A stretch of DNA of 64,000 nucleotides from Promethearchaeota archaeon (lineage in GTDB: Archaea; Asgardarchaeota; Lokiarchaeia; Sigyniarchaeales; SOKP01): positions 416,001 to 480,000 of the forward strand of contig JAEOUA010000003.1 in assembly GCA_016839555.1 (NCBI GenBank). Direction: 5' to 3'. The notes beneath the pieces were generated by a model. It ran no database searches and had not been told where the DNA came from. It saw only the letters and a program-made list of their open reading frames with translations. The position numbers and the translations under genes were made by a program. Shown one piece after another: positions 30,656 through 40,929 of the stretch. How positions within the stretch are numbered: position 1 is the first letter of the stretch; every line of letters begins with the position of its first letter.

Positions 30656-30963
30656 AATTTTATCACTAATTAAATTAAACTTATATTAAGAAAATAGTGA
30701 ATTAAGATTTAAATATTGGGATTAAGGAATAAATAATTAGGTAAAATATTTTTCTTTAAAGATTCAATAAAAAATAAATAAATCTTATTTATAAAAGAAG
30801 AGAAATACATAGTTATCAACTTTTCTCTCTCATTAATTAATAACAATTGTTATAAAAGCTAGAATTTCATCTTTATTTTAAGAGAAATTCATAAGGATCA
30901 AATTTTTTTAGTATTGGAATTTTAAAAAATAAAGATCATATTCATAAAATTAAATGATTTAAA

Positions 30964-32910
30964 TTGCCGAATAAAGATAATCGTTTTATAAATCAGGAAG
31001 GAAAAGTATTAATGCTTGGAAATGAAGCCGTAGTGAGGGGATGCTTAGAAGCTGGCATAGGATATGTAGCGCAATATCCAGGCACGCCGACTAGTGATAT
31101 TGGTGAGACTTTTCAAAAAATTTTGAGAGAACAACCGGATTTAAGAGAATATTTGGTACACCATTGGGCAATTAACGAGGCAGTAGCCTCATCTGAGTGC
31201 GCAGGAGCTGCTTGGACGGGTTGTAGGGCCTTAAATCCTATGAAACATGTCGGTCTTAATGTGGCAAGCGATGCACTTAGCGTAATTGCTCTTAATGGTC
31301 CAAATCCTGGTGCTATGGTTATCGTGGTAGGTGCTGACCCCGGAAGCTTGGGATCTCATCAAGAACAGAATGAGCGATTTTATACTTGGATGCTTCATTT
31401 TCCCTGTTTTGAACCGCATACTCCGCAAGAATGTAAGGATTTTACCAAATTAGCTTTTGAATTATCTGAAAAGTATGATACAGTCTTTGAAATTCGTACA
31501 TCCACAAGAAGTGCTCATTCTAGAGGTTTTGTAGAATTAGAACCAATTAAAAAGGGAAAGGTAAAAGGACAATTTGAGAGAAATATTCCTAAATATAATT
31601 CATTGCCCCCTTATGCGATTAATAATCATATCAGATTGTATGAGAGGATTGAAAAAATCCGAGAAAATATTCCAGAATTAGGAATTAATAGAATTATTTC
31701 AGGGTCAAATAAAATTGGAATAATTACCAGCGGAATGCCTTTTGGCTATACAATGGAAGCGCTTAATCAACTAAATTTAAATGATGTACCTGTTTTAAAG
31801 CTTGGTATGATTTATCCACTAAACTACGGAGAAATTACTAATTTTATTAAGAATTTAGATACTGTTGTTATCATTGAAGAATTAGAACCTTTTTTAGAGG
31901 TTAAGATCGGAGAGATAGCTCAAAAAGAAGGAATTCAAACAAAAATTATTGGCAAGAAGTATTTTCCAAAACATAATGAATTTTCAACCGGTTTAATAGC
32001 AACTAATTTAGCAAAAATCTTTGATAAAACACCTCGCATTGAAATGAATAATGCTATTGAGTACTTTAATTCTTATAAGGAAATTATTCCTAGTCGATTT
32101 CCCACCTTTTGTGCGGGATGTCCTGAACGCGCCACCCTTTATGCAATTTTAAAAGCTACAAATCATTTGGAAAACACAGTGGTCTGCGGCGATATTGGCT
32201 GTTTTGTAATGTCATTCTTTCCTCCGCAAGAATCTTCTGACTTAATCATATGTATGTCTGGAGGCCTTAGTGCTGCAATTGGAATGTCAACAAAAACGGA
32301 TCAAAAAGTAGTTGCATTTATTGGTGATTCAACTTTTCTTCATACGGGGATGGCTCCTTTAGCTGAAGCAGTGGGCTATAATTCAAATGTACTCCTATTT
32401 ATATTCGAGAATTCATGGACTGCCATGACTGGCCATCAAGATGATGTTCTACGCTTCTTAATAAATCAAGGGTTTTCAATTGAAAAAATCTGTAAATCCA
32501 TTGGTGTCCCTTGGCTACATGTAGAAGATTCTTATAATCCCAAGCATCTTATTTCCAGTATTGAAGAAGCTTTAGAAGAAAAAGGATTAAAAGTAATTAT
32601 TATCCGAAGAGAATGCGCTCTGCAAGCTCACCGATGGCGAATGCAGCAAATTAGAAAGATTGAGGTAGAAGGGAAAAAAGTTCAAAGAACTTATTATCAC
32701 ATTACTGGTTGCCAGATGTGCTATGAATGCGCACGGATTCTAAGCTGTCCAGCAATTCGAAAAACAGAAGAAGATGGGTATGAAACTATGAAAATCGATG
32801 ATGATAGATGTGTAAGATGCGGCGTTTGCTATGAGATCTGCCCTAACACCGCAATCCATAAATCAATAATAGATGCTTTAGAAGTAGAGGTGCCATTCCG
32901 TGAAATTTAG
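30964..32910 (+). CDS. iorA: Indolepyruvate:ferredoxin oxidoreductase alpha subunit
   Basis: LGNEA, YPGTP, MKHVGLNVA, FCAGCP, GDIGC, GDSTF-x-HTG, C-terminal ferredoxin motifs. Confidence 0.93.
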   Translation: MPNKDNRFINQEGKVLMLGNEAVVRGCLEAGIGYVAQYPGTPTSDIGETFQKILREQPDLREYLVHHWAINEAVASSECAGAAWTGCRALNPMKHVGLNVASDALSVIALNGPNPGAMVIVVGADPGSLGSHQEQNERFYTWMLHFPCFEPHTPQECKDFTKLAFELSEKYDTVFEIRTSTRSAHSRGFVELEPIKKGKVKGQFERNIPKYNSLPPYAINNHIRLYERIEKIRENIPELGINRIISGSNKIGIITSGMPFGYTMEALNQLNLNDVPVLKLGMIYPLNYGEITNFIKNLDTVVIIEELEPFLEVKIGEIAQKEGIQTKIIGKKYFPKHNEFSTGLIATNLAKIFDKTPRIEMNNAIEYFNSYKEIIPSRFPTFCAGCPERATLYAILKATNHLENTVVCGDIGCFVMSFFPPQESSDLIICMSGGLSAAIGMSTKTDQKVVAFIGDSTFLHTGMAPLAEAVGYNSNVLLFIFENSWTAMTGHQDDVLRFLINQGFSIEKICKSIGVPWLHVEDSYNPKHLISSIEEALEEKGLKVIIIRRECALQAHRWRMQQIRKIEVEGKKVQRTYYHITGCQMCYECARILSCPAIRKTEEDGYETMKIDDDRCVRCGVCYEICPNTAIHKSIIDALEVEVPFREI

Positions 32911-33550
32911 TGAAACGGACATAATTAATACTGTTATAGCCGGTACAGCAGGACAAGGGGTTATAACTCTTAAAAGATTGATTGAATTTGCCGCTCAAAA
33001 GGCTAATGTTGATATTATTTTGGGATCCGAAATGCACGGGCTAGCTCAACGTGAGGGAGCTATAACTAGCCATACGCGTTATCAAAAAAAAGCTTTTAAT
33101 GACCCTAGAAAAAATTTACAATCCCCCCTCATATGTTATGGTGATGCTGATCTTTTCATTTGTCTAGAGCCCGTCGAAACTTTAAGAAGAGGTGTTTTTG
33201 CATCTCATAAAACCTCATTTGTCATAAATAAACGAACCATTCCTGGAGTTATGATTACAGCTGATTTAGAAGAATATCCTTCTTTAGAAAAGATTAAAGA
33301 AATTTTACATGGGTATTCTGAGCAAGTTTATATGATGAATGCTACGGAATTATCCTTGAACCATTTCAATCAAAATCAACAAGTAAATTTAATAATGCTG
33401 GGTTTTGCAATTGCTACGGGCAAACTTCCTTTCATTGAGTTAGAACATTACGAAGAAGTTATTAAAGAATGGTTAAGAAATCCAGATTATAACATTAAAG
33501 CATTACATATTGGATTAGAGGAAGGGCAAAAAATAATTAAAAATAGTTAA
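32900..33550 (+). CDS. iorB: Indolepyruvate:ferredoxin oxidoreductase beta subunit
   Basis: GTAGQG, SEMHGLAQREG; overlaps iorA. Confidence 0.92.
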   Translation: MKFSETDIINTVIAGTAGQGVITLKRLIEFAAQKANVDIILGSEMHGLAQREGAITSHTRYQKKAFNDPRKNLQSPLICYGDADLFICLEPVETLRRGVFASHKTSFVINKRTIPGVMITADLEEYPSLEKIKEILHGYSEQVYMMNATELSLNHFNQNQQVNLIMLGFAIATGKLPFIELEHYEEVIKEWLRNPDYNIKALHIGLEEGQKIIKNS

Positions 33551-33579
33551 AGCCCGCATCTTTTATTGAAATTTCTTAT

Positions 33580-34533
33580 TTAATTGGAATATATACTTAG
33601 ATTTTGGATCGAATTTACCCTAAAAGAAAATTGATTTATTTTATAGGGGAGTATCTTTATACAGGGCAAAAAATTTGCAAGAAAGAAAGATATACCCCGA
33701 ATTTCTTCATTATTTAAAAATATTTTTATATGTTCACAATCAAAAAAAGCTAGATTTTCTCTTATGCTTTTTACATTCCCAATGTAATTACTATCAATAA
33801 ATACTGAATTATCTTTTAATTTTTTAATTTTTCTGGAGAAAATAGCAATACCATTTTTATATTGAGGGATACCTCCGTCAATAAGACATTTTTTATTATC
33901 AACAGAACCTAAAACCCCAAAAATCGGTTTTATCTGTCCATAAAACGATTTAAGCAACTTACATAAAATAAATTCGGGAAAAATTGCCTTAATTTTTATG
34001 GGGATTTCTTTATTTGTTGGATTTTTTTCATCCTTCTTTTTAGTCTCTAAATTTTTATTTATTGCGAGGGTGAATTTTTTTGCACCTTTTGCTCTTAAAG
34101 GATTCTCAAGTGATCTTAGTTCTAAATGAATATGTGGACTGGACCAATAGGCAAAATATCCATTTCTAATTGTTGTTCCAAGAGGATCTCCCACTTTAAT
34201 ATGTTGTCCTATTTTTACATTTGGCTTCACATGGAGAATTTTATATAGAGAATCCTCATTGAACTTATTTTCAATTAAAATGAGATATTCCTTAGCAATT
34301 CCTTTTTGAAATTTTGGTTTTGGAGCCGATAATTGTTTTATATTGATTATTTTTCCGGCAACAGGACTTATAACAGGATAATTATCGATTGAAATTTGAT
34401 GATAAATGTCCAGAGCAAGCCCATGTTGATGAGCATAATAAGGAGAGGTTGCTATGCTGAAATGGCTTTTTCGAGGTATTGAAATTTCAAACTTATTATT
34501 CTCAATGATTTCAATAAATTCAGAGTATACCAT
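33580..34533 (-). CDS. M23 peptidase-like (barrel-sandwich hybrid) protein
   Basis: H...ALDIY, SPVAG, LHV-x-P-x-V-x-x-G-x-x-x-x-VGD-x-LG, SPHIHLE. Confidence 0.75.
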   Translation of the reverse strand: MVYSEFIEIIENNKFEISIPRKSHFSIATSPYYAHQHGLALDIYHQISIDNYPVISPVAGKIINIKQLSAPKPKFQKGIAKEYLILIENKFNEDSLYKILHVKPNVKIGQHIKVGDPLGTTIRNGYFAYWSSPHIHLELRSLENPLRAKGAKKFTLAINKNLETKKKDEKNPTNKEIPIKIKAIFPEFILCKLLKSFYGQIKPIFGVLGSVDNKKCLIDGGIPQYKNGIAIFSRKIKKLKDNSVFIDSNYIGNVKSIRENLAFFDCEHIKIFLNNEEIRGISFFLANFLPCIKILPYKINQFSFRVNSIQNLSIYSN

Positions 34534-34628
34534 ATATTTTAAAATAGAATATTAAAAATATGGTTAATGAAAGAAATTGTTATCTAAAAATAAAGTATTA
34601 AATTAATGAAAGATATTTTCAATTCTTT

Positions 34629-35159
34629 TTATGTTCTTCTTATAACTTTTACTAAACCCTTATCTCTCAATTGTTCCATCATTTCTTCTATTTCATCCAC
34701 GCTTTTCTGGGCGATTTCTGCTACTTGCTCTAAAGTGTTCATCCCATCACAGATTTTTAACACTTTATATTGTTCTTGAGTAATCATTCCTAAATGAACA
34801 CTCATTTCTGGTACGTCCTTCACTACAATTGGGATTCTTACTTCAGCTCCTTCTACTTTCTGTCCCAATGTCTGAATAGTCGGAGAATCACCAAAAAAGC
34901 TTTTTACTCCCGTTACATTGTATTTATCATCAATATATACATAGATGGTATGTTCTTCTACACTTCTATCGTCAGGATCATCGGAATCTGGATAGGGATT
35001 TATATGTTTCAATTCTTTCGTGTATATCCCCAGTTCTAAACCATTTTGTATTTCTTCTTTATCCAACTTCATTTGAATCATTTCTTTACAGATATCACAC
35101 CAAGCCCAGCATTCTACTTCCCTAAAATAACGTTTCACGATTGACCTATGTTCTGACAT
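34629..35159 (-). CDS. CxxC/His putative Zn-binding domain plus C-terminal winged helix
   Basis: CDIC...KH...HTIYVYID; CDGMNTLEQVA...LRDKGLV. Confidence 0.7.
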   Translation of the reverse strand: MSEHRSIVKRYFREVECWAWCDICKEMIQMKLDKEEIQNGLELGIYTKELKHINPYPDSDDPDDRSVEEHTIYVYIDDKYNVTGVKSFFGDSPTIQTLGQKVEGAEVRIPIVVKDVPEMSVHLGMITQEQYKVLKICDGMNTLEQVAEIAQKSVDEIEEMMEQLRDKGLVKVIRRT

Positions 35160-35394
35160 TTTAGATCATATAATTATTTAATTATAGATAAAATAAAGCA
35201 ATTCAAATATAAATATATTATATAAAAATTTGTGCTTAAATATAAAATTTGATGCTATGATGGGATGGTTTCTTCATAACATATTTAAATTGAACTATAA
35301 TAAAGACAAGAATAGGGCAGATTTAAAAAGAAAATAATTAAAGTTATGTTTAATTTTAGATATTAAATTTATAATAAGCATATTTGTTTAGTTT

Positions 35395-35568
35395 ATGTCT
35401 GTAAAACGAAATATCTGTTCATGTTGTGGCAGACCTATAACGCCTTTTGAATCAGCAGTTCATTTTCCATGTCCAAACTGCGGAGATATAACAATATGGC
35501 GTTGTGAACGATGTAGAATGTTTGGAACGGAATATAGATGCTTAAAATGTGACTTTAAAGGTCCCTAA
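35395..35568 (+). CDS. DUF1610 / HVO_2753-type zinc-finger protein (57 aa, not in ORF track)
   Basis: MSVKRNICSCCG...FPCPNCG..IWRCERCR..YRCLKCDFKGP; usual position upstream of aEF-1beta. Confidence 0.92.
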   Translation: MSVKRNICSCCGRPITPFESAVHFPCPNCGDITIWRCERCRMFGTEYRCLKCDFKGP

Positions 35569-35659
35569 TGTAATTAAATTATTTTATTTTATCTATTGTT
35601 AGAATATAAAAAAAATAAAATAAATAATTATAATTAATAAATTTGGGTTGAGATTTTAA

Positions 35660-35926
35660 ATGGGTGATTATATAGCCTTAATTGACATTATTCCAGAAGA
35701 AATGGATGTTGATTTTGATGAGTTGGTGGAAAAATTAAAAAGTGTGCTTCCGGAGACATCTAAGATCGAACATTTTGATATTTTACCAGTGGCATTTGGC
35801 TTGGAAAAGGTAAGATTAAGGGTTAGATATCCCGAACAATGGGGAGGCACTGATAGACTCGAAGAGCTTTTTTCCAAAGTGAAAGGAATTCAGGGAATAG
35901 AAGCGTTGGCATTTTCTAAGGCATAA
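35660..35926 (+). CDS. ef1b: Translation elongation factor aEF-1beta
   Basis: I-x-PE...PVAFGL...GGTD-x-LEE. Confidence 0.9.
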   Translation: MGDYIALIDIIPEEMDVDFDELVEKLKSVLPETSKIEHFDILPVAFGLEKVRLRVRYPEQWGGTDRLEELFSKVKGIQGIEALAFSKA

Positions 35927-36082
35927 TTTTAAAAATATTAAGAATCTTTAATAAGAATCTATTTTTCTTTTCCTATTGTTTATAAAATAAATTATAAAAA
36001 AAATCAATAAATTTGGTTTCGGCTTAATAAAAAAATAAAAATATAGATATAACTTAATTTTTTGATTTTCTAATTAGAGATT

Positions 36083-36877
36083 TTACCCCTTAAATCGTTT
36101 TTGTAAAGTTTTTCCGTGTAAGAAGAACGCTAAAAATAGAAATAAGAATCCAAAGAGTAAGAGGAATATAAAATCTATTAAAAGCCCATATTCACCAAAA
36201 CCACTTGATATTCCCAATCCTATATTAATCAAATCAATAAAATATGATAAGGGTGAAATTAAAACTATTGGATCTGAGCTTATAGGCATAAATAAGGGAC
36301 TAATGAATATCAACGGGAATTTAATTAAAATAGTTAAAATCATTGTATTTGCTGGAGTATCTGTTGGAGGGACTGAAAGAATTAAGCTAAAAGATGAGAA
36401 TGCAAAAGATGCTATAAATATAGCTGGAATAATGATTAAGATATTTATAGAAGTCCATAATCCATAAACAACTATCCCTAAAATTAAAGGGACAATAGAA
36501 AAAAGGGAACCAAAAAGAAAGGAACTCCATACGTTTCCTAATAAGATCGTTTTAATAGAAATTGGACAAGTTATAAGCCTTTCTAAAGTTTTTTGACGAG
36601 TTTCCCAAGGAAATACCACGGGTCCAATTGATGTTGATGTGAGAAAAAGTACCATACACATTAATCCAGAAACAATATAAACAGGAATGATATCTCTACC
36701 AACTGTAAATGCTAAAAATAGCACAATTGGAAATAAGATTCCTTGAATCACTACTGGTCCCTTATTGTAATATATTCTTAAATCCTTTTTAGCGATAGCA
36801 AAGGAGCGTCTAAGTTGATCAATTAAACGTTCAATTTTGGATTTTTCATAAATAAATTCTTCTTTAATTATTCTCAC
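36083..36877 (-). CDS. ABC-2 type exporter permease
   Basis: 6 TM helices, E-x-x-x-x-TLERLITCPIS. Confidence 0.88.
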   Translation of the reverse strand: MRIIKEEFIYEKSKIERLIDQLRRSFAIAKKDLRIYYNKGPVVIQGILFPIVLFLAFTVGRDIIPVYIVSGLMCMVLFLTSTSIGPVVFPWETRQKTLERLITCPISIKTILLGNVWSSFLFGSLFSIVPLILGIVVYGLWTSINILIIIPAIFIASFAFSSFSLILSVPPTDTPANTMILTILIKFPLIFISPLFMPISSDPIVLISPLSYFIDLINIGLGISSGFGEYGLLIDFIFLLLFGFLFLFLAFFLHGKTLQKRFKG

Positions 36878-37802
36878 CTCGATTAATGATTTTTACAAAA
36901 ACCTCTTCTAGAGTTGGCTCCGGTGTGTTTAACTTTTTTATTTTAATATTTTTCAATTTGGTATAGTTTATTATTTGAGACATCGCTTCATGTAAATCAT
37001 CGACAATGATATGATAATAGTTTTTAATTTGCTTTACTTTATCAATTCCAGCTAATTTCTCTAGCTCAGATATATTAAGTTGTTCCGAAGGATATAAATC
37101 GATTGCTTGATATTTTTTCTCAATTGCTCGTAAATTTTCTGGCGTATCCAATCGAATAAGATTGCCTTTATTAATGATAGCAATTCTATCGCATAATTCA
37201 TTCGCGACATCCATATTATGAGTGGTTAAGAATATGGTCATTCCTTCTTGATTGTATTGTTTAATTAGATTTTTAATAATAATACTTGATTGAACATCTA
37301 ATCCAGATGTTGGTTCATCTAAAAATAAAATTTTAGGATTACTCATTAAAGCCATACATAATAAGAGTCTCTGTTTCATCCCTTTGGAATATTTTTTCGC
37401 AAGATCATCTTTTCTTTTAAATAGTTCAAATTTTTTCAAGAGTTCAAAAGCCCTTTTTTTTCTTTCACTCTTAGAAACTCCATAGATTTCTCCTATAAAG
37501 GTTAAATTTTGAAAGCCAGTTAAATCCATATATGCATTAGACATCTCCGGAACATTTCCCATTATTTGTTTAATTGCAATCTGGTTTTTCCATGCATCCT
37601 TCCCATAGATAAAAATTTTTCCGGCTGTAGGTTTTAAAACCCCCGTTAACATTCGGATAGTGGTGGTTTTTCCTGCTCCATTTGGGCCAAGAAACCCAAA
37701 TATCTCCCTTTCTTTTACTGAAAATGTAATATCATCGACTGCTTTCACAAGGTCGAAGTGTTTTGAGAGATTTTGAACTTCTATTATATTTTGTTGGGAC
37801 AT
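36864..37802 (-). CDS. ABC exporter ATP-binding subunit (DrrA-like)
   Basis: GPNGAGKTT, YSKGM, LDEPTSGLD, PTLEEVF. Confidence 0.93.
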   Translation of the reverse strand: MSQQNIIEVQNLSKHFDLVKAVDDITFSVKEREIFGFLGPNGAGKTTTIRMLTGVLKPTAGKIFIYGKDAWKNQIAIKQIMGNVPEMSNAYMDLTGFQNLTFIGEIYGVSKSERKKRAFELLKKFELFKRKDDLAKKYSKGMKQRLLLCMALMSNPKILFLDEPTSGLDVQSSIIIKNLIKQYNQEGMTIFLTTHNMDVANELCDRIAIINKGNLIRLDTPENLRAIEKKYQAIDLYPSEQLNISELEKLAGIDKVKQIKNYYHIIVDDLHEAMSQIINYTKLKNIKIKKLNTPEPTLEEVFVKIINRGENN

Positions 37803-37883
37803 TTTTTTTTAAAAAATACTCCTTTTTTATTAATTCTATTGATTGAGTTTTTTAAAAATTTTAAAAAAAAATTTGATTTTTTA

Positions 37884-38039
37884 TTATTTTTCCTCTTCTA
37901 ATTGAATATGCTTAAGCAACTCATTAATTGATTGATCACCATGACATTTAATTATTTGATTCAATGAGCATCCTTCAGGAAAATTTTCTTTAATCTCCGG
38001 TTTATCACAAGCGCATTCCTCAGGCTTTTTTAATTTCAT
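37884..38039 (-). CDS. Small Cys/His-rich protein (51 aa, not in ORF track)
   Basis: MKLKKPEECACDKPEIKENFPEGCSLNQIIKCHGDQSINELLKHIQLEEEK; strong AGGAGG SD upstream. Confidence 0.8.
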   Translation of the reverse strand: MKLKKPEECACDKPEIKENFPEGCSLNQIIKCHGDQSINELLKHIQLEEEK

Positions 38040-38216
38040 ATTAGTTTCCTCCTTTTATGTTTAGTTTTAAATTTTATATAGGTTTTTTAATTAACTTTTT
38101 TATTAAAATATCTATTCTCTTTTTGATTTTTCAACTTCTTCATTGTTAGAGCATACATTTTTAGTTTTATTATAATAGCATTATTTAAAACCTAAAATGA
38201 ACTATAATAATACCAG

Positions 38217-38257
38217 TTAAGTCTAATATTCACTTAAGCCTATGACTTAATTAAGTC
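38217..38257. promoter_or_regulatory. Candidate ArsR operator
   Basis: Perfect palindrome GACTTAATTAAGTC (38244-38257) plus further TTAAG/CTTAA half-sites from 38217. Confidence 0.6.
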
Positions 38258-38324
38258 TTATATTTAATTATATTTAAATATTTCTTTTTTTTTAATTATT
38301 TATAAGATTATTCAAAATTATATC

Positions 38325-38693
38325 ATGACCAAAGAAATCGATTTAGATGATATAGGGGATTACATTAAAGCACTTCATTGTCCTATTAGATGGGATATAA
38401 TTAAAATCCTAAAAGAGAAGCCAAAAACATCAGATCAAATCTTTTTTACTTTAAAAAAAGCTAATAAGTTAGAAAAAGCTTCAACCATACAAAACGAAAC
38501 AAAAAGGTTTAGAGGATTATGTTTTCATGCTAATCATAGAAATCTTAAGAAACCAACATTATATTATCATTTAAGGGAATTAGAAAATGCTGGAATAATT
38601 AAGGGAAAAAAATTAATTGATGAGGAAGGAAATAAATTGAAGGAGAAGGAATGGAAATTAACTGTAAAAACTCTTACCATTAACCTTAAATAA
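38325..38693 (+). CDS. ArsR/SmtB family regulator
   Basis: KALHCPIRWDII...TLYYHLRELENAGII; insertion containing CFHANH. Confidence 0.85.
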   Translation: MTKEIDLDDIGDYIKALHCPIRWDIIKILKEKPKTSDQIFFTLKKANKLEKASTIQNETKRFRGLCFHANHRNLKKPTLYYHLRELENAGIIKGKKLIDEEGNKLKEKEWKLTVKTLTINLK

Positions 38694-38783
38694 ATCTACC
38701 ATGATATAATAAGTAATTTTTAAATTGAGAATTCATATATAAAAAGTTTGTTTATTTATATTGAATCTATTTTATAATGATTT

Positions 38784-39443
38784 TTAATTCTTTGAAAGAT
38801 TTTCTTTTGGATTAATTTTTTGTTGTTCGGCTAAAGAACCAATATTTTGTGGATCTGGAACATTTTTTGCTAATTCGATTGCGCGATCAAAAAATTCATT
38901 AGCTTTTTTTTTGTTTCCAATTCTGCGATTTATTTCTCCTCTAAGATAAATAAATAGTAATATTTCTTTTTCTGGAATTTGTTTTTTCTTAAATGCTTCA
39001 GCAAAATATCCAAGCACAATTTTTCCAAACTTTTTTTGACTTTCTAGAGGTTTTGCCCACCAAAATGCATTAATCCAATTATTTGCTAGCTCAAACTCAT
39101 TTATATTTATAATATTGTATTCATTCATTGCTTCTAAACAACGCATTGCTCTTTCTATTCTGGATGATATTTCTTTATCATAAGAATCATACTTCAAAGG
39201 TTCCATATTATTTATTTTTTCCTTAAAGTCCATATTATCTATTTTACTTTTAAAAAAGGGTGATGTAGAGCAAAAACCACAATTTGGACAACTATGATAA
39301 AAAAAGGGTACAGGATTGAGTCCCCAATAATTAGGACGGAAATCTGTCCGTTTTGATGCATATCCACAGCTTGCTATGCTCGTACTTTCAAATTTTGTTT
39401 CACATACCGGACAAGATAATTGGATCGGAGAAGTAGTTGTCAT
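38784..39443 (-). CDS. DUF2225 family (Zn ribbon plus TPR-like)
   Basis: CPVC, TDFRP-x-Y, CPNCGF, YLRGEINRRIG. Confidence 0.85.
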   Translation of the reverse strand: MTTTSPIQLSCPVCETKFESTSIASCGYASKRTDFRPNYWGLNPVPFFYHSCPNCGFCSTSPFFKSKIDNMDFKEKINNMEPLKYDSYDKEISSRIERAMRCLEAMNEYNIININEFELANNWINAFWWAKPLESQKKFGKIVLGYFAEAFKKKQIPEKEILLFIYLRGEINRRIGNKKKANEFFDRAIELAKNVPDPQNIGSLAEQQKINPKENLSKN

Positions 39444-39590
39444 TAGAATCTATGCTTTTTATATAGTTCTAGATACTTTAACATTTATTAAAAAAGTTGA
39501 GTATAAATATTTAATTCTTTACTTCTTAATTTATTTTATTGGATTTAATAACTTATTTTAATTTTAAATATCATCAAGTATTCAGAATCT

Positions 39591-40541
39591 ATGAATCTGA
39601 CTAAATATGCGCCGAATTTAAGTATAATTGAGAATATACAAAAAGGACTGGAGATTGGTAATAGAATGGCTAATGTAATAATTAAAAAAAGACCTTTTGC
39701 AGTTAATTATGATATTACTTGGCAATGTAACTTAAGGTGTAATCATTGTTATTTTTATTCATCTGCCGCAGAATTGGAATTAGGTGAAATAAATACTAGA
39801 AAGGAATTATCTGATGAGCAATGGATAAATGTTTTTAGGTACCATAGAAGTCTTGGAGTTTATAGTGCTTCAATAACTGGAGGGGAGCCCACATTACGGA
39901 TGTATCTTTTACATGAAGCAGTAAATATTTTTCCTTCAGTGCAAATTGCAACAAATGGTACGATAAAGATTCCTTATTTTAAAGCGAAAAAACAACCTAT
40001 TCTTTGGGTAAGTTTGGATGGTCCAAAGGATCTGCATAATAAAATCCGCGGAGCTTCTATCTTTGATAAAGTAATCAAAAATATTCAAGATGATAAGCGT
40101 GTATTTATTTCATGTACGGTGAGTTCTCAAAATTATAAAGAAATTGAAAAAGTCGTAGAAATTGCTTATGATGCTGACGTTTCGGGAATATTTTTTTTAT
40201 GGTATACTGGATATGATAATGATCCTCTCTTACTGAAAGGAGAAAAATCTAAAATAGCAGTTGGAAAAATATTAAATGTTATGAAAGAGTATGAAGATTT
40301 TATTATTTTTTCAAAAAAAATGCTTGAGCTTTATATATCTAAAGAATTTGTACCTCACTGTTTTTTCAGGAAAAAAAACCGAATTCATAGTTATTATCCT
40401 AATGGGCAACAAAAATTCTGTGTTATGGGGAATTCTCCTAAATTATGTAAAAATTGTGGGTGTATTGTACCTGTAGCTGTGTATGCTTTAAGAAAATTTG
40501 ATAGAGAAACAATTAATAAGCTGAGAAGATTTCCTTTTTAG
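39591..40541 (+). CDS. Radical SAM protein (copy 1)
   Basis: CNLRCNHC, ITGGEP, SLDG, C-terminal C...FC...CKNCGC. Confidence 0.9.
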   Translation: MNLTKYAPNLSIIENIQKGLEIGNRMANVIIKKRPFAVNYDITWQCNLRCNHCYFYSSAAELELGEINTRKELSDEQWINVFRYHRSLGVYSASITGGEPTLRMYLLHEAVNIFPSVQIATNGTIKIPYFKAKKQPILWVSLDGPKDLHNKIRGASIFDKVIKNIQDDKRVFISCTVSSQNYKEIEKVVEIAYDADVSGIFFLWYTGYDNDPLLLKGEKSKIAVGKILNVMKEYEDFIIFSKKMLELYISKEFVPHCFFRKKNRIHSYYPNGQQKFCVMGNSPKLCKNCGCIVPVAVYALRKFDRETINKLRRFPF

Positions 40542-40560
40542 GTTTTATCAATATTTTATT

Positions 40561-40608
40561 TTAACAAGTTCGTTTAAATAGTTTATCTAATTCTTTAAAT
40601 GAGATAAA
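40561..40608 (-). pseudogene. Remnant of a mutL 3' end
   Basis: Encodes FISFKELDKLFKRTC* vs mutL FISFNELDKLFKRTG*; 42/48 nt identical to 41901-41948. Confidence 0.85.
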
Positions 40609-40929
40609 TTCTAACTATTAGTTTTACATAAATACTATTAACCTTACATAAATATACTATGTTATAGTAATTTTCAAATTAATTTTTTTATGCAGACTTT
40701 AAATTCGAGCTGAAAGCAACGCATATTTTAAACTAATTAGAATATGAATTCGTAGCATCAGTCCAATATTCATATGCAAACTCCTTATGGGATATTCATT
40801 TAATTATTGTGAGATTTGAATCTTATTTTTCTAATAATTCATTTTTCAAACTAAAATCTGAATATTAATTAAATAACTTAGATTTAGTAGATATATTTTC
40901 TCATAAAAAATATCGATGTCATTTAAAAT

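Noticed and set aside
35252-35282. Possible C/D box sRNA or hairpin upstream of the DUF1610 gene
   Set aside because: ATGATG present but no matching CTGA D box; hairpin is weak
40614-40800. Short direct repeat (ACTATTA...TTACATAAAT twice) and ORF-like fragment between the rSAM copies
   Set aside because: AT-rich, only two copies, frames interrupted by stops; at most junction debris
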